A DNA stretch of 63,824 nucleotides, from the NCBI GenBank assembly GCA_044892505.1, contig CM097883.1, positions 105,276,177 through 105,340,000 of the forward strand, given 5' to 3'. This DNA is from Schmidtea nova (Eukaryota). A model generated the notes under the pieces. That model was not told the DNA's origin and did not search any database. It worked only from the letters and a program-made list of their open reading frames with translations. The position numbers and the translations under genes are program-made. Position 1 is the first letter of the stretch, and each line of letters starts with the position of its first letter. Of the stretch, positions 33,993 through 44,967 are shown piece after piece.

Positions 33993-35405
33993 ATGAGAGC
34001 GGAAAGTGAAGCAGACTACCAAACAATCGAAATTCTGAGAGGAGAAAATCGACAATGGGGAGTAAATGTGACGTGTGTAAAGTGTAAAAATTTACTGTTA
34101 AAACCGAGACAAACGGAATGTGGATGCAGGATGTGCACCAAGTGTATATTACAGATAATCAGTGAAAGTGAGACAAGAAAGTGTCCAGAGTGTGACGATA
34201 AACTACTGATCAACGAGACAAAACCAGATAAAGCAATACAAAAGGAGATCTGGAAGATAAAAACAGAGTGTATAAACCAACCATGCGAATGGAAAGGACA
34301 AATAATCGAGCTAAGACAACATCTGGAAAAATGCGAAAACAAGAAAGCGACATGTGAAAAGTGTCAACAGACAATAACCATCAAGCAGTCGAAAGGTCAC
34401 AAGAATGAGTGCAAATCAGAGATAATAGAGTGTCAATACTGTGAACAAAGAGAGACGAGAGAAGTAATCGAAACAGAACATCTCAACGTAGCAGAAGAGA
34501 AAGTGTGCGGAAAATTCAGAGGAATTTGTCCAAGTAATTGTGGAACCGGAGAAGAAGTGATGTTGAGAGAACATTGGGAACAATGCGAATCAAGACCAAG
34601 AAAGTGCGTATGGAGTAAACAAGGATGCGTAGTAAAGAAAACGAGCAAAGAAATGAAAGAGCATTTAGAAACAGAGACGGTACAACACGCAGAGATGTTA
34701 ACAGAAAATTTGAACGGAATGGAACAAACCATACAGAAACTGGGAAAGGAAATCGAATCTCAGAGGATAATGACGGAGTTATTACTGGAAACGAGAGAGC
34801 AATTCGAGCTCACCAGAGAGAAAATGATGGAGAAAATCAAAGTCATAGAGACATTGGTAAAAGAAGTAAACGTGCGACATCAAATGTGGATACGAGATAC
34901 AGAGGATATCGAGAATTTACCTGTTGCACCATATGTATAGAAAATCAAGAACTTCAACGACAAGTTCGCAGCAGCAAAAGCAGGAAGTCAAGTGTCGGTA
35001 ACAAGTCCACCATTCTATCTGTGGAAAAATGGATACAAAGTTCGAATGAGAATTTATCCAAATGGAGATGGATCAGGAAAGGAAACGCATGTGTCATTAT
35101 TCTTTGCGTTGTGTAAAGGTGGTTACGACGACATATTAGAATGGCCACTAGAAACAAAGGCTATAATGAGAGTGAAAAACTCGAAAGAAACAATAGCGAG
35201 AGTATTCAAAATTGATGGTAAGCACGAAGCTTACAAAAGACCAACCACAGAATGTTCATTAGCGACTGGAGAACCAAAATTCATACCACACCAAACAATG
35301 TGGGAGATGTTGTACGACGACAACTTGTATGTAGAGTTGAAGATCGAAAAGAAAGCAAGTACAACAGTGATGAACACGAAGTCAACGAAAGGATGGTTAG
35401 AGTAG
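33993..35405 (+). pseudogene. TRAF-family protein (RING, TRAF zinc fingers, coiled coil, MATH) with one in-frame TAG at 34938-34940
   Basis: CVKCKNLLLKPRQTECGCRMCTKC...CPEC; PYV*KIKNF; SPPFY...GYKVRMRIYPNGDGSGKETHVSLFF...YDDILEWP; both listed ORFs share one frame. Confidence 0.92.
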
Positions 35406-35494
35406 TCAGAGTGAACGACCCTGTAAATAAAGTGTAAAAATCGACGACAACAATAAACGTATAGTATAACAAGTGTAAATTTGTAAATTACAGA

Positions 35495-36655
35495 ATGGAA
35501 AACGCAAATGAATATGTAATCGAAGAGGAAACGAGAAACGAGATGTCAAACGAACAAGAAGCAATCGAAAGAGAAATCGAAAAGAGATGTAAAGTGGAAG
35601 TAGAACAAAGAACCAGGGAATTACACGAAGTGATGACAAACAATTTCTACGAGAAACTAAAATGCGAGAGACGAATGGAGTTATACCAACTAGAACTCGA
35701 GGAAGTGAATAAAGAGATGATACAACTGACAACACAAATAGAGAAGCTAAAAGGAACGAATGTACGAAGTCGACAGAAGATAGAAGAGGTATATCAGTTG
35801 ATGAGGAAACAAGCAGAACATTATAAAAATATGATGAAAACGCGAAGAGAAGAGAGTGAGAAACAAGAGGAAAAGATGGAGGTAAAAATACTAGCAATCA
35901 AGGCTCAAGCGAGACATTGGAAAATGGAGTCGAAACGAGTGTATAAAGAAGCCAAAGAGATAATCAGAAAGACAGCATACAGCGAAGATTGGAAACTGTA
36001 TCAAGAGATAGACGAATTGAAAGAGGAATTGGAACAGAGAAAGCGACAAGAACAAGCAAACAAAGAATGGAGTCGAAAACGACAGCGATTTATTCGAGAA
36101 CAAGCAAAGGAACTAAAGAAAACGCAATGGCAAATACAGATGATAAATGGAGAAATGCGAGGTATCAGACAGAAAGAGGAAGCGGAAAGACAAAAGTTGA
36201 TCAGGGAAAAAGAAAGTCTGGAAAGAGATGTAAATGGTTATCAAGGGGTGGTGACCCAAAAGAAAATGGAGTTGAAAGCAGTGAAAGAAAGACATGCGGA
36301 ATCAAACCGAGCTTACGAGGAAAACATAACGAACTTGACGAAAGAAAACGAGGAGCTGAAACAACAAATAATAACCCTGAAAGCAGAGAAAGAAACCATA
36401 GAAGTAGAAACCGAACCTACAGAAGTAGAAGCCCTGAAGAGAAAAGTGGAAGAGATGGAAAGACAAATTGAAACTCTAAGCGAACAATCAGATTACATGG
36501 AGTATCTGTTAGATGAAGAGATACAAATCTCTCGAACGTATCAAGATGAAATTGCAATGTGGAGAAGCAGAGTGGTGTGGTTACCGTTTATACCACCACC
36601 ACCAATGGAACTCCAAGATGAAGGGTTCCATGAACCAGAGGAGACGGATGTGTAA
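35495..36655 (+). CDS. Long coiled-coil (SMC-like composition) accessory protein, 386 aa
   Basis: E/K/R-rich heptads throughout; C-terminal PFIPPPPME. Confidence 0.75.
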   Translation: MENANEYVIEEETRNEMSNEQEAIEREIEKRCKVEVEQRTRELHEVMTNNFYEKLKCERRMELYQLELEEVNKEMIQLTTQIEKLKGTNVRSRQKIEEVYQLMRKQAEHYKNMMKTRREESEKQEEKMEVKILAIKAQARHWKMESKRVYKEAKEIIRKTAYSEDWKLYQEIDELKEELEQRKRQEQANKEWSRKRQRFIREQAKELKKTQWQIQMINGEMRGIRQKEEAERQKLIREKESLERDVNGYQGVVTQKKMELKAVKERHAESNRAYEENITNLTKENEELKQQIITLKAEKETIEVETEPTEVEALKRKVEEMERQIETLSEQSDYMEYLLDEEIQISRTYQDEIAMWRSRVVWLPFIPPPPMELQDEGFHEPEETDV

Positions 36656-36674
36656 AAAGAGGCGAAAAATCCAA

Positions 36675-37199
36675 ATGAGCTGGCTCAAATCCCTACCAAT
36701 CCTAACGATTATGTTAGCTACAACAATAATGAACTGCTCAACAACCGAAATCCAAAGAACCCTGTCAAACGAGATATCCCAAGAGATTGAAAAACAACTA
36801 AACGAAGTCAGAGGAGACTTGAAACAATTAATACGACAAATGCGAATCAGTCATGATCATCGCAAACCCTTACAAACCCTATTCAATCAAATCGAGAAGA
36901 TCCGAGAAATCCATAAAACCTTTCAAGATCACCTAAAGCCAATCAAAAGTCAAACCCAAATCGAATCCGAAATCCGAAACAGATGGATCATCGTTGGAAT
37001 AGTCACAATGACAATATTGACAATCATCCTGATCATCGTGATCACGTATACCCTATATCGAATCAGAAGCCTCAAACAACAACAAACGATAATGTGTAAA
37101 TGCGCCAAAAGAGAAGCAAAAACCCAACAAAGGATGAGAAGTCATCTACGACAAATTCAAGCCCGATACGAAATGCAGTCAACCAGTGAAAGGACCTGA
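36675..37199 (+). CDS. Small type-I membrane protein (174 aa)
   Basis: MSWLKSLPILTIMLATT signal-like start, coiled-coil ectodomain, TM WIIVGIVTMTILTIILIIVITYTLY, basic tail; real start inferred at ATG 36675. Confidence 0.7.
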   Translation: MSWLKSLPILTIMLATTIMNCSTTEIQRTLSNEISQEIEKQLNEVRGDLKQLIRQMRISHDHRKPLQTLFNQIEKIREIHKTFQDHLKPIKSQTQIESEIRNRWIIVGIVTMTILTIILIIVITYTLYRIRSLKQQQTIMCKCAKREAKTQQRMRSHLRQIQARYEMQSTSERT

Positions 37200-37366
37200 A
37201 AATCAACCCCTATGAGCCAGAAACATTGAACTGTGTGACAATATAAACATGACAATGACAATGTGTGACTTTGTATGAATGTGTATAAAAGCTACCACCT
37301 TATGTGGTTTTGCATGTAAGTTCTGTCACGAACTTTTTATGTATGTTGATGTAGGTATATGCATGT

Positions 37367-37401
37367 AATTGCGGGACGCAATTTTAGGGGACCCCGAGTG
37401 A
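37367..37401 (+). promoter_or_regulatory. Stem-loop plus short/atypical polypurine tract before the 3' LTR
   Basis: AATTGCG-GGA-CGCAATT then TTAGGGGACCCCGAGTGA|TGTTGG. Confidence 0.55.
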
Positions 37402-38858
37402 TGTTGGGCCAGCCAAATCGAGCAGCATCTGAAAATAATATACAATCAATAAAATAAATTAAATACAGAATAACAACAAAATAAATTACCAACACCAAAG
37501 CGTAACAAAATAGGCGGCAACATCTAAAAGAAATAAAATATTAATCAAAACAACAAAATCTTCAAAACTTACTCATGCGAAGCAGATAAAATCTGAATAT
37601 GACAGCGCGTGGGCGGATGTCACCAAAGACCTATAAACAAAAATAAAATAAAATAAATCGATGACTAAGAAAAACTTACCGCATGATTAACCAAACAAAT
37701 CGGCAAGTTAAGTTAGGCAGCAAAAAGCCGACAACACAAAATAATGAAGCAAACATACACACATACTCGATGCTGATTGGCTAACCAACAACACCGGTGG
37801 AGTATAAATACTGAAGTCAAATCAGTATTTGACAATGTTATCTTTACCAAGTGTGAACTGTTTGTGACTACTGAAATCATTGTGAAACGAATTTGGAAAA
37901 GAAATAAAGGTAATTCATGTTGCATTAGTCTTTTAAACCCTCATAATTATTTATAACCATACGAAAATCCATAAGGTTTTCCGGAGGCCTAACAGCCTGA
38001 CGGATTCTCGGGCCTCTCAGCGCAACACAATCTTTCGGTTGTGAGGTGCTGATGCGGCGGGACTATAGGTGTTCTAAATATTTAACAAGCGGAAGGGGGA
38101 AGGGCACATCGGATATCTCATGCCATCGTAACCTCAGTAGGGGGAGAAGCAATTGAAGGACGTATCATCTGTCACGACAACATCGAGTACCTTGGTTTAC
38201 GTCAGAGACGCGTTGTTAGACACAAAGTGTCCAGCGGTCGCAAAGTCAAGTAGAGTAGCGACAACTTTGTGCAGAGGGTAAGTGTCATGATAAATTGGGC
38301 ACTGACGACGATAGGGATATATAACGCATGAGCTATGTGAGTCAACGACCGATAGTGCTAGGGTCAGAGTAAAACCATGAATCCACAGAATATCCCAACA
38401 CATATCTACGCCTAACGAAGGGTACGAAGGGTAGACCCACGAAATGTAATGCAAGTACAATCTGTACCCAATTAACCTGAATAAGGGGTCGATCCTGTTC
38501 CCCGGATGATGTGATTCTTGATGGTTGAACCTGAGGTATGGAGGTAACACCTGAGGAATGATTGAGCATGATTGTTGTAAAAAATAAACCAAAATGGTCT
38601 ATGAAATGATGATATTCTAACATAATAAATGATCAAGTGATCATCATAAATGAATACAGATTGTCATAAACTGCACTAAGTTTTTGCGTGGCCAAATCAG
38701 TTAAGCACCTTGACATAGTGAATACACTCAACCACATGACGATAACATACAACCTACCTACTATCTTGAACATCGAACCGATCTAACACTGAAACACCAA
38801 CGGCAACCTACAGAGTTTTACTCTTGAGTCGAGTAGGTCGCCGATTATAAATAATTGC

Positions 38859-39542
38859 ATGCACCTAACAAATTCATCACAATCACATCTTCTTGTCTTC
38901 AGAAAAATGATAAAGACCGAAGAATATCAAAGAAGTCCGAGCACCTATCGACAGATGAAAATGGAAGATTATGTCGTCCGGAAACCACGACGCATCCGTT
39001 CCGTCGTCTGGCCAAGGAGGATCCCTACCATCGAGGGAGAAATGGAAGCCCCACGCAGAATTAGCGAAACTGCGCGTCGCTACCTACGGCGGTGGACGAG
39101 ACACCATATGAGTGCAGCCGCAGATGTTCCGGCTTGCGCCTTCACGATACAATTACGATGGGAAGGAGACCCCGATTGGATGTCCACCATGGACCCTGCC
39201 GAACCAAGGACCGATAGATGGTTCTTCCAATTTCTCGACGAGCAGAGACGACCCCGCTGGGTATTGAGCAATGGAATGATGACCGGAAGGGCTCTTTTCC
39301 AATTAGGATACCTGCTGTTAGACAGGCCTCGGTGTCGCTACACTGAGGAAGTCTTCACTTATTCCAATGCACCAGGAAGTGTTTCCGTGGAACAACACCC
39401 CGAGCCCAAGGAGCTTCGCCTCTGGGAGGTGTTTATCTACAAAGATAAGCTGAGTTGGAACCCAGCCCCAGAAATGTATTGGGAGAATGGAATCCGTCGC
39501 GACGAACATCCTGCCGATCAGGAATTGAGGACATTCAATTGA
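38859..39542 (+). CDS. LTR ORF1, 3' LTR copy
   Basis: Same as 12752-13435 except one R>W change. Confidence 0.5.
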   Translation: MHLTNSSQSHLLVFRKMIKTEEYQRSPSTYRQMKMEDYVVRKPRRIRSVVWPRRIPTIEGEMEAPRRISETARRYLRRWTRHHMSAAADVPACAFTIQLRWEGDPDWMSTMDPAEPRTDRWFFQFLDEQRRPRWVLSNGMMTGRALFQLGYLLLDRPRCRYTEEVFTYSNAPGSVSVEQHPEPKELRLWEVFIYKDKLSWNPAPEMYWENGIRRDEHPADQELRTFN

Positions 39543-39689
39543 TTGATACCGAGAAAGAATGATTGTCTTAGATATTGAAATATATGTATTGGCGTGTGAC
39601 GGTCTTGTTTTGTTTTTGGGTGCATGAGAACAACCTAAGGATAGGGTAGAGTTGTGTAATGACGATAGGGTGACCGAAAGATCAGACAC

Positions 39690-40289
39690 ATGACATATAC
39701 TACCATTAATGATATATTTACAGACATGACGGAACCCAAGGGCAGAGATTTCAAGCAAGAGGCGCGAGAACACAAGGCGCGCTCACGAGTCCTGGAGAAT
39801 CGATTAAGGCAGCTGAATGAGGAGTATCAGCGGGTTAAAACGACATGGTTTAGCCCAGAGCGGGTTAAGTCCATCCTGCAGGCTAGGTACAGGGCAGAAC
39901 GAGTAGCTGAGGAACATGCCAGAGAGATTGCCGCCCTGAAATTAGAGTTGGCGAATTATTTGAAGGTATCGACTCGCGACTTCATTACCGAACAACTACG
40001 CCCAGTGATCAGAGCTAGCACCTTTAATCGATGGATAGACACGATAGCGGTGACCACGAGCACCCAAACAGAGACCGATACCATCGCAACCACGACGATC
40101 GAATCAACAATGAAAACTCCAGCCGGTTCGAAACGAACAAAGAGGAGGAATCGCTTAGGAGCGAAAAAGCGCAGGGAAAGACGCGCATATGCAGATCGCC
40201 TTGGAATCGAAGTAGACTTGCTCAGTGGTCTATCCGAGCAAGAACTACTAAATGTAATACGACCCTCGGTATTGTTGAACTATAAATAA
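39690..40289 (+). CDS. LTR ORF2, 3' LTR copy
   Basis: Identical translation to 13583-14182. Confidence 0.55.
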   Translation: MTYTTINDIFTDMTEPKGRDFKQEAREHKARSRVLENRLRQLNEEYQRVKTTWFSPERVKSILQARYRAERVAEEHAREIAALKLELANYLKVSTRDFITEQLRPVIRASTFNRWIDTIAVTTSTQTETDTIATTTIESTMKTPAGSKRTKRRNRLGAKKRRERRAYADRLGIEVDLLSGLSEQELLNVIRPSVLLNYK

Positions 40290-40672
40290 ATGTATAAAAC
40301 GAATGAGTTGACTTGTCTTGTTTGTATGTGGAATGTCTGAAAATGGAATGTAGATAAAACCCGGATTCATTTAAAGCTGCAGATGTCTAAAAAGTACATT
40401 ACCCTAGGACACTAGAAAGGAGCATAAGTGGGACCGAAAGAAAGCCACAGACACCTTCTATCGGTAGTGGTGGACCCGTGAATAAACAAGGGAATAGTAG
40501 CCGAAAGGTTGCTCACCTGCCTTGTCATTTCACAACGTTGACACAGCACCAACATGATGAGTAGTTAGGGATACATCATGGGTGTCAGCGGGGGAATGTT
40601 TTTATGTTGGCGAGATCACCCTAACATATAAAATCATGAGGATCTCAGTTGTCAATCTAACCAACACACCAG

Positions 40673-40674
<2 letters not shown>

Positions 40675-40706
<32 letters not shown>
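40675..40706. repeat. (AT)n right flank of giant element
   Basis: pure AT run abutting the LTR end CCAGCA. Confidence 0.95.
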
Positions 40707-40711
<5 letters not shown>

Positions 40712-42033
40712 TAAAATAATTATTTATATATACAAATAAAAAGGGATTGTTTAAATCACCAAAAAAAGTACTTTTCTCTCTGATTCAAAAAATACCAAGC
40801 AAGAAGAAAATATCAATCAAAAAAATATGTAATTCATAGCAGCAAACATTTTCCCCTCTATTTAAAAAACGAAGAATCATCAATTTCAAAAGCAAAATAA
40901 TGAATCATCAATTTACGAAGCAAAATAACAGATCATCAGTTTCCAGACAACAACTACATAAGAATTTGAATAAAATGTTTAATTATTTTCTAGTCTTATC
41001 TTGTCTTATTTCAGCAGCTTAAATATTTAAATCGGAAAATTATTTATAAAAATTTTTACTTTTGACTCATAATTTTAAGTGTTCGAAATTTCCAAATGAA
41101 TTATCTCGGAAATTTTATTTGTAAAATTTTTAGAAAATTTGCATTCAATTGAAATTGTTTTTACTCGAAAATTAAAAGTTTAAATATAAAAATTTCGCTA
41201 TCGTAAAATTATATATTACAGAAAGTCTCTAAAGAAACTTTTAATCCAAAACTTAAAATAAGTTAATGGTGTTACAGAAATTCTAAATTTAATTTTCCGA
41301 TTATTATATAAAAATTCTTGAATTTCAAATTAAATTTCATTTTAATCCTTTCGTGAAAATTATAAATTATAAATTTGACATTTGATTATTATTTTTTAAA
41401 ATTCCCAAAATTTTTTTTATATCTTTATATTTTATAAAATACCGCTCCTGATATCAAGAAATAACTCATACACTTATGTTTACAAATTAATACATCATTC
41501 CAATCAATAACATCATCGATATCTAATACAACACTTATATAAAATTAATATAAATATCTATTCATTTAGAGTTATATTGATCATTTCAGTCAATAACGTC
41601 CTATATACTTGGGTGATGCACTTAGAAGAAGAATTAGTGAATCTATAGATTGATTTTATTAATTAAAGTATTCTTAAAATACTTACAAAAATCAAAAATT
41701 GGAAAATGATACCATAATCAAACTCTATTAATATTCCATTAAAAACACAAGTCATGAAAATCGAATATTTTAGCAGAAAAATGAAATGAAACTAGAGTAG
41801 GGTCATGTTGGAGGAGTTCACCATCGGATTGGGAAGTAAATAGATTCCGAATTGACAATTTACTGTGGAGATTTCCAATTCGAGATTGCTCCTAGGAAAT
41901 TGAAATGCTACTCAATAAAACTAAAATGTAGCGTTAATAAAATCTCCAAACGATATTGCACTTGCCATTGCAATAAAATTGGAGCTTAAAGGGATATTTA
42001 GAACTTCTCGGAGATCAATTCAGCAAATTAAAA

Positions 42034-44967
42034 GGGCTTGTATTTATTGGGTCAGTATTTTTTTACATTTTTGGTCAGTATTTTAAATAAATGGTTAGTA
42101 TTTATATTAAAATGTCAGTACGTAATACAAATGGTCAGTATTACAGCGATCAGTATAAAAACGATCAGTATTTTAATTAAAATGCAGATAGATATATTAA
42201 TTGGTCAGTATTATAAATAAATGGTCAGAAATTAAAATTATGTATCAGTATCTGCAAATATAAATGTCAGTAACAATAATTTTAAATAAAATTTAAAAAA
42301 ACCTCATTTGGAATTTTATACTTATGTCTTATTTTTATTATTATAATTAATTTTTATAAAAAGCTATATTGTCTCATTGATAGTTTAAATTAAAATATAT
42401 TTTATAAGAAATTTATTGAAAATTCTAGTAATGTGGTTTAATGTATAGGAGTCATTATTTTTCTTGTTGCAAATTTCAGAATTTTGTAAATTTAAATAAT
42501 TTCTTTTTTATATGCACTAAGAATATTATTTTAATGAAGTAGCCAGTTTTGATTGCTATATTCTGAAAATAATCGCAGACTTTTGTCAAAATTACGCATT
42601 TTATAACAAAATCAGTGAATTGACATTAGTCAATTTGTCCGCTGTGTTACTCGAATGTGTAATGTTATTTAAATATTAAATCATCTCCGTTTAAGATAAA
42701 ATTAAAAAAAATAACATAATTAAAATATATATTATAAATTCAAGTCTCCAACTTATTTTATACTAATATATTTGTTGTTCTTGATTATTAATGATGATTG
42801 TTTTATTTGTTTATTTCTGAAAAACCATTTTTGTTTATTATTTGTTTGTTTGAAATTTAAAATAATTGAAGGTTCAAAATGGCATCAAATATAGACGAAT
42901 ATCTATCATCAGATGATGAAGAAATAAATGAGATTTTAACTATTAAAACTCGTAGGACAAAAATACAACACAAATGGAATATGGTTTCAACATTTAATAG
43001 CAAAGAAGATGCTATGATTGTTATAAATTCAGAAGAAATTTGGAGTTTCCATTATCGGAATAATACGGCTGATGGAGGTAAAGCTTATTATCGATGTAAC
43101 ATGGTAAAAAGACGCGGACAACAATGCGAGGCTGGAATATATTTGCTGTTTAATAATAACAACGATAGTGTAACAATGTTTAGAGCAGAAAACAAGCATA
43201 CGCATGGAAACTCACAGCAACAAACTTTAAAGCTTTCAAATCAGATGAAAGAAGAAATTAAAAAGCTTTTTAAACTAAAAATAAAACCAAAAAAATTTTT
43301 AGAAATATTAAATGATAAAGGTTTAAAGCTTAAAAACAAGACACAAGTTTCTAATTACTTAGTGCAATTAAGAAAAGAAGCATATGGGCCAGCCGCAATA
43401 AGCCTTGGAGAATTTGAGCAGTGGTGTATTGATCATAGTGAAATTCCAGATTCTGATGAATTACCTTTTGTGGTGTCACATCAAGTGAAATATTGTGATG
43501 AATTAGATGATGCAGAGGATGAATACAATGAGGGTTCGCACTTCAGAGTTTTAATTTCAACAAAACGTTTGCTTAAAAACTGTAGCATGTCGAACAAAAT
43601 TCATATTGATGCCACTTATAAACTGGTATGGGAAGGTATGCCAGTTATAATTGTTGGAACTACAGATCTTGATCGTCATTTTCATCCGATTGGTATTGCT
43701 GTATGTACGAATGAAAAAAAAGCAGATTTTCAATTTATTTTTGAAACAATTAAGAAAATAAATGAAGAAATTGAATATTTAATATCAGATGCATCAAATG
43801 CCATTCGTAATGCATTCATCGCAGTATTTGGTGTGAATAAACGTTTAATTATGTGTTGGGCTCATATGCGACGCAATGTTACGAAAAAAGTTGAGTCTCT
43901 TGTTGAAAAAAGCATGAGAAAGGAAATAATAGATGACATCGATACATTACAGTTAGCTTCAAGCAAGCAAATATTTGATAAAGCATTACCATTGTTTATC
44001 AAGAAATGGCTTCAGAAAAGCCAAACTGAGTTTATTAACTACATGAAACTTCAATGGTTTACAACACATCAATATTGGTACGAAGGTGCTGCACAATACA
44101 CGCCTTCTACGAACAACTCATTGGAATCTTTCAATTTAGTGGTAAAAAAAGAAGAAACATTTCGTGAACGACTACCACTCTCAAGATTTCTTGAATTAAT
44201 CAATAAATCTGTAGCAAAGTGGTCAAACGAATATTCATCCAACAGTCGAATATTCAATACTTCAACTACAATTGAATTGTCCCAATGGACAAAAGGATAT
44301 CAATGGGCAAAAACTAATGTAAACGTCTCATCAGCAATTTCTAACGATTCAATACAATATTTTTGTCCATCAAATCAGCAATGTAAGGCATCAGAAGAGG
44401 AAGCAGCATATGTATTGGAAATGCGTTGGAAAACATTTGATCAATTCAAACGTAAAGGTTTCAAAGTTTGGATTATAAATCTGCCAAAAGAAGCAGAAAA
44501 CTGGATGCATGGTTGCTGTACTTGTCCAGAATTCTTAAAGAAATTTATATGTTTTCATATAATAGGTTTAGCTATTCGCTTAAAATATATTAAACCTCCT
44601 CCAGCAGCTAAACAAATACCAATAGGGCAAAAACGTTCGAGGGGAAGGCCAAAATTAGCAACGCGTGCGCTTTTAATTGATTAAAAAAATTTATTTATAT
44701 TATAAAAATAAATACTATCATATTTTTTTATGTTATATTTTAAGGTATTAAATTTTTTCTAAAAAAAAATAACTGCTCTTTTATTGTTTATACAGACCAA
44801 AAATTTTAAATTAACTTACCAAAAAAGAAAATTATACTGTCCAATACACAAAAATATACTGACACTTAATTATTTATACCGACCAAAATATTATTTTATA
44901 CTGATATTTTATTTAATAAAATACCGACCAATTATTAAAAAAAATACTGACCAAATAAATAAACCCC
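42034..44967 (+). mobile_element. Complete Mutator-like (MULE) DNA transposon
   Basis: Imperfect TIRs GGGCTTGTATTTATTGGGTCAGTA / TACTGACCAAATAAATAAACCCC with repeated GGTCAGTA motifs; AATTAAAA duplicated on both flanks. Confidence 0.88.
42879..44684 (+). CDS. MULE transposase with SWIM finger and AT-hook (601 aa)
   Basis: HIDATYKL, ISDAS, CWAHMRR, NNSLESFN; CTCPEFLKKFICFH; KRSRGRPK. Confidence 0.93.
   Translation: MASNIDEYLSSDDEEINEILTIKTRRTKIQHKWNMVSTFNSKEDAMIVINSEEIWSFHYRNNTADGGKAYYRCNMVKRRGQQCEAGIYLLFNNNNDSVTMFRAENKHTHGNSQQQTLKLSNQMKEEIKKLFKLKIKPKKFLEILNDKGLKLKNKTQVSNYLVQLRKEAYGPAAISLGEFEQWCIDHSEIPDSDELPFVVSHQVKYCDELDDAEDEYNEGSHFRVLISTKRLLKNCSMSNKIHIDATYKLVWEGMPVIIVGTTDLDRHFHPIGIAVCTNEKKADFQFIFETIKKINEEIEYLISDASNAIRNAFIAVFGVNKRLIMCWAHMRRNVTKKVESLVEKSMRKEIIDDIDTLQLASSKQIFDKALPLFIKKWLQKSQTEFINYMKLQWFTTHQYWYEGAAQYTPSTNNSLESFNLVVKKEETFRERLPLSRFLELINKSVAKWSNEYSSNSRIFNTSTTIELSQWTKGYQWAKTNVNVSSAISNDSIQYFCPSNQQCKASEEEAAYVLEMRWKTFDQFKRKGFKVWIINLPKEAENWMHGCCTCPEFLKKFICFHIIGLAIRLKYIKPPPAAKQIPIGQKRSRGRPKLATRALLID

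Larger units (their letters stand above)
11295..40674 (+). mobile_element. Giant (29,380 bp) Ty3/Gypsy LTR retroelement with envelope glycoprotein and accessory genes (Burro-like)
   Basis: Two 3273-bp direct repeats offset by 26107 bp, TG...CA termini, PBS after the 5' LTR, PR-RT-RH-IN order, uninterrupted 4960-aa ORF. Confidence 0.97.
37402..40674 (+). repeat. 3' LTR (3273 bp)
   Basis: Direct repeat of the 5' LTR; two C/T differences noticed (12246/38353, 12902/39009). Confidence 0.97.

Noticed and set aside
34938-34940. Alternative genetic code (TAG/TGA as Trp)
   Set aside because: TGG encodes Trp throughout; TAG ends the polyprotein and other ORFs normally, and TGA stops also occur
18555-36300. 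Dozens of short minus-strand and off-frame ORFs over the polyprotein and 3' genes
   Set aside because: Shadows of the A-rich sense strand (S/F/L-rich, no motifs)
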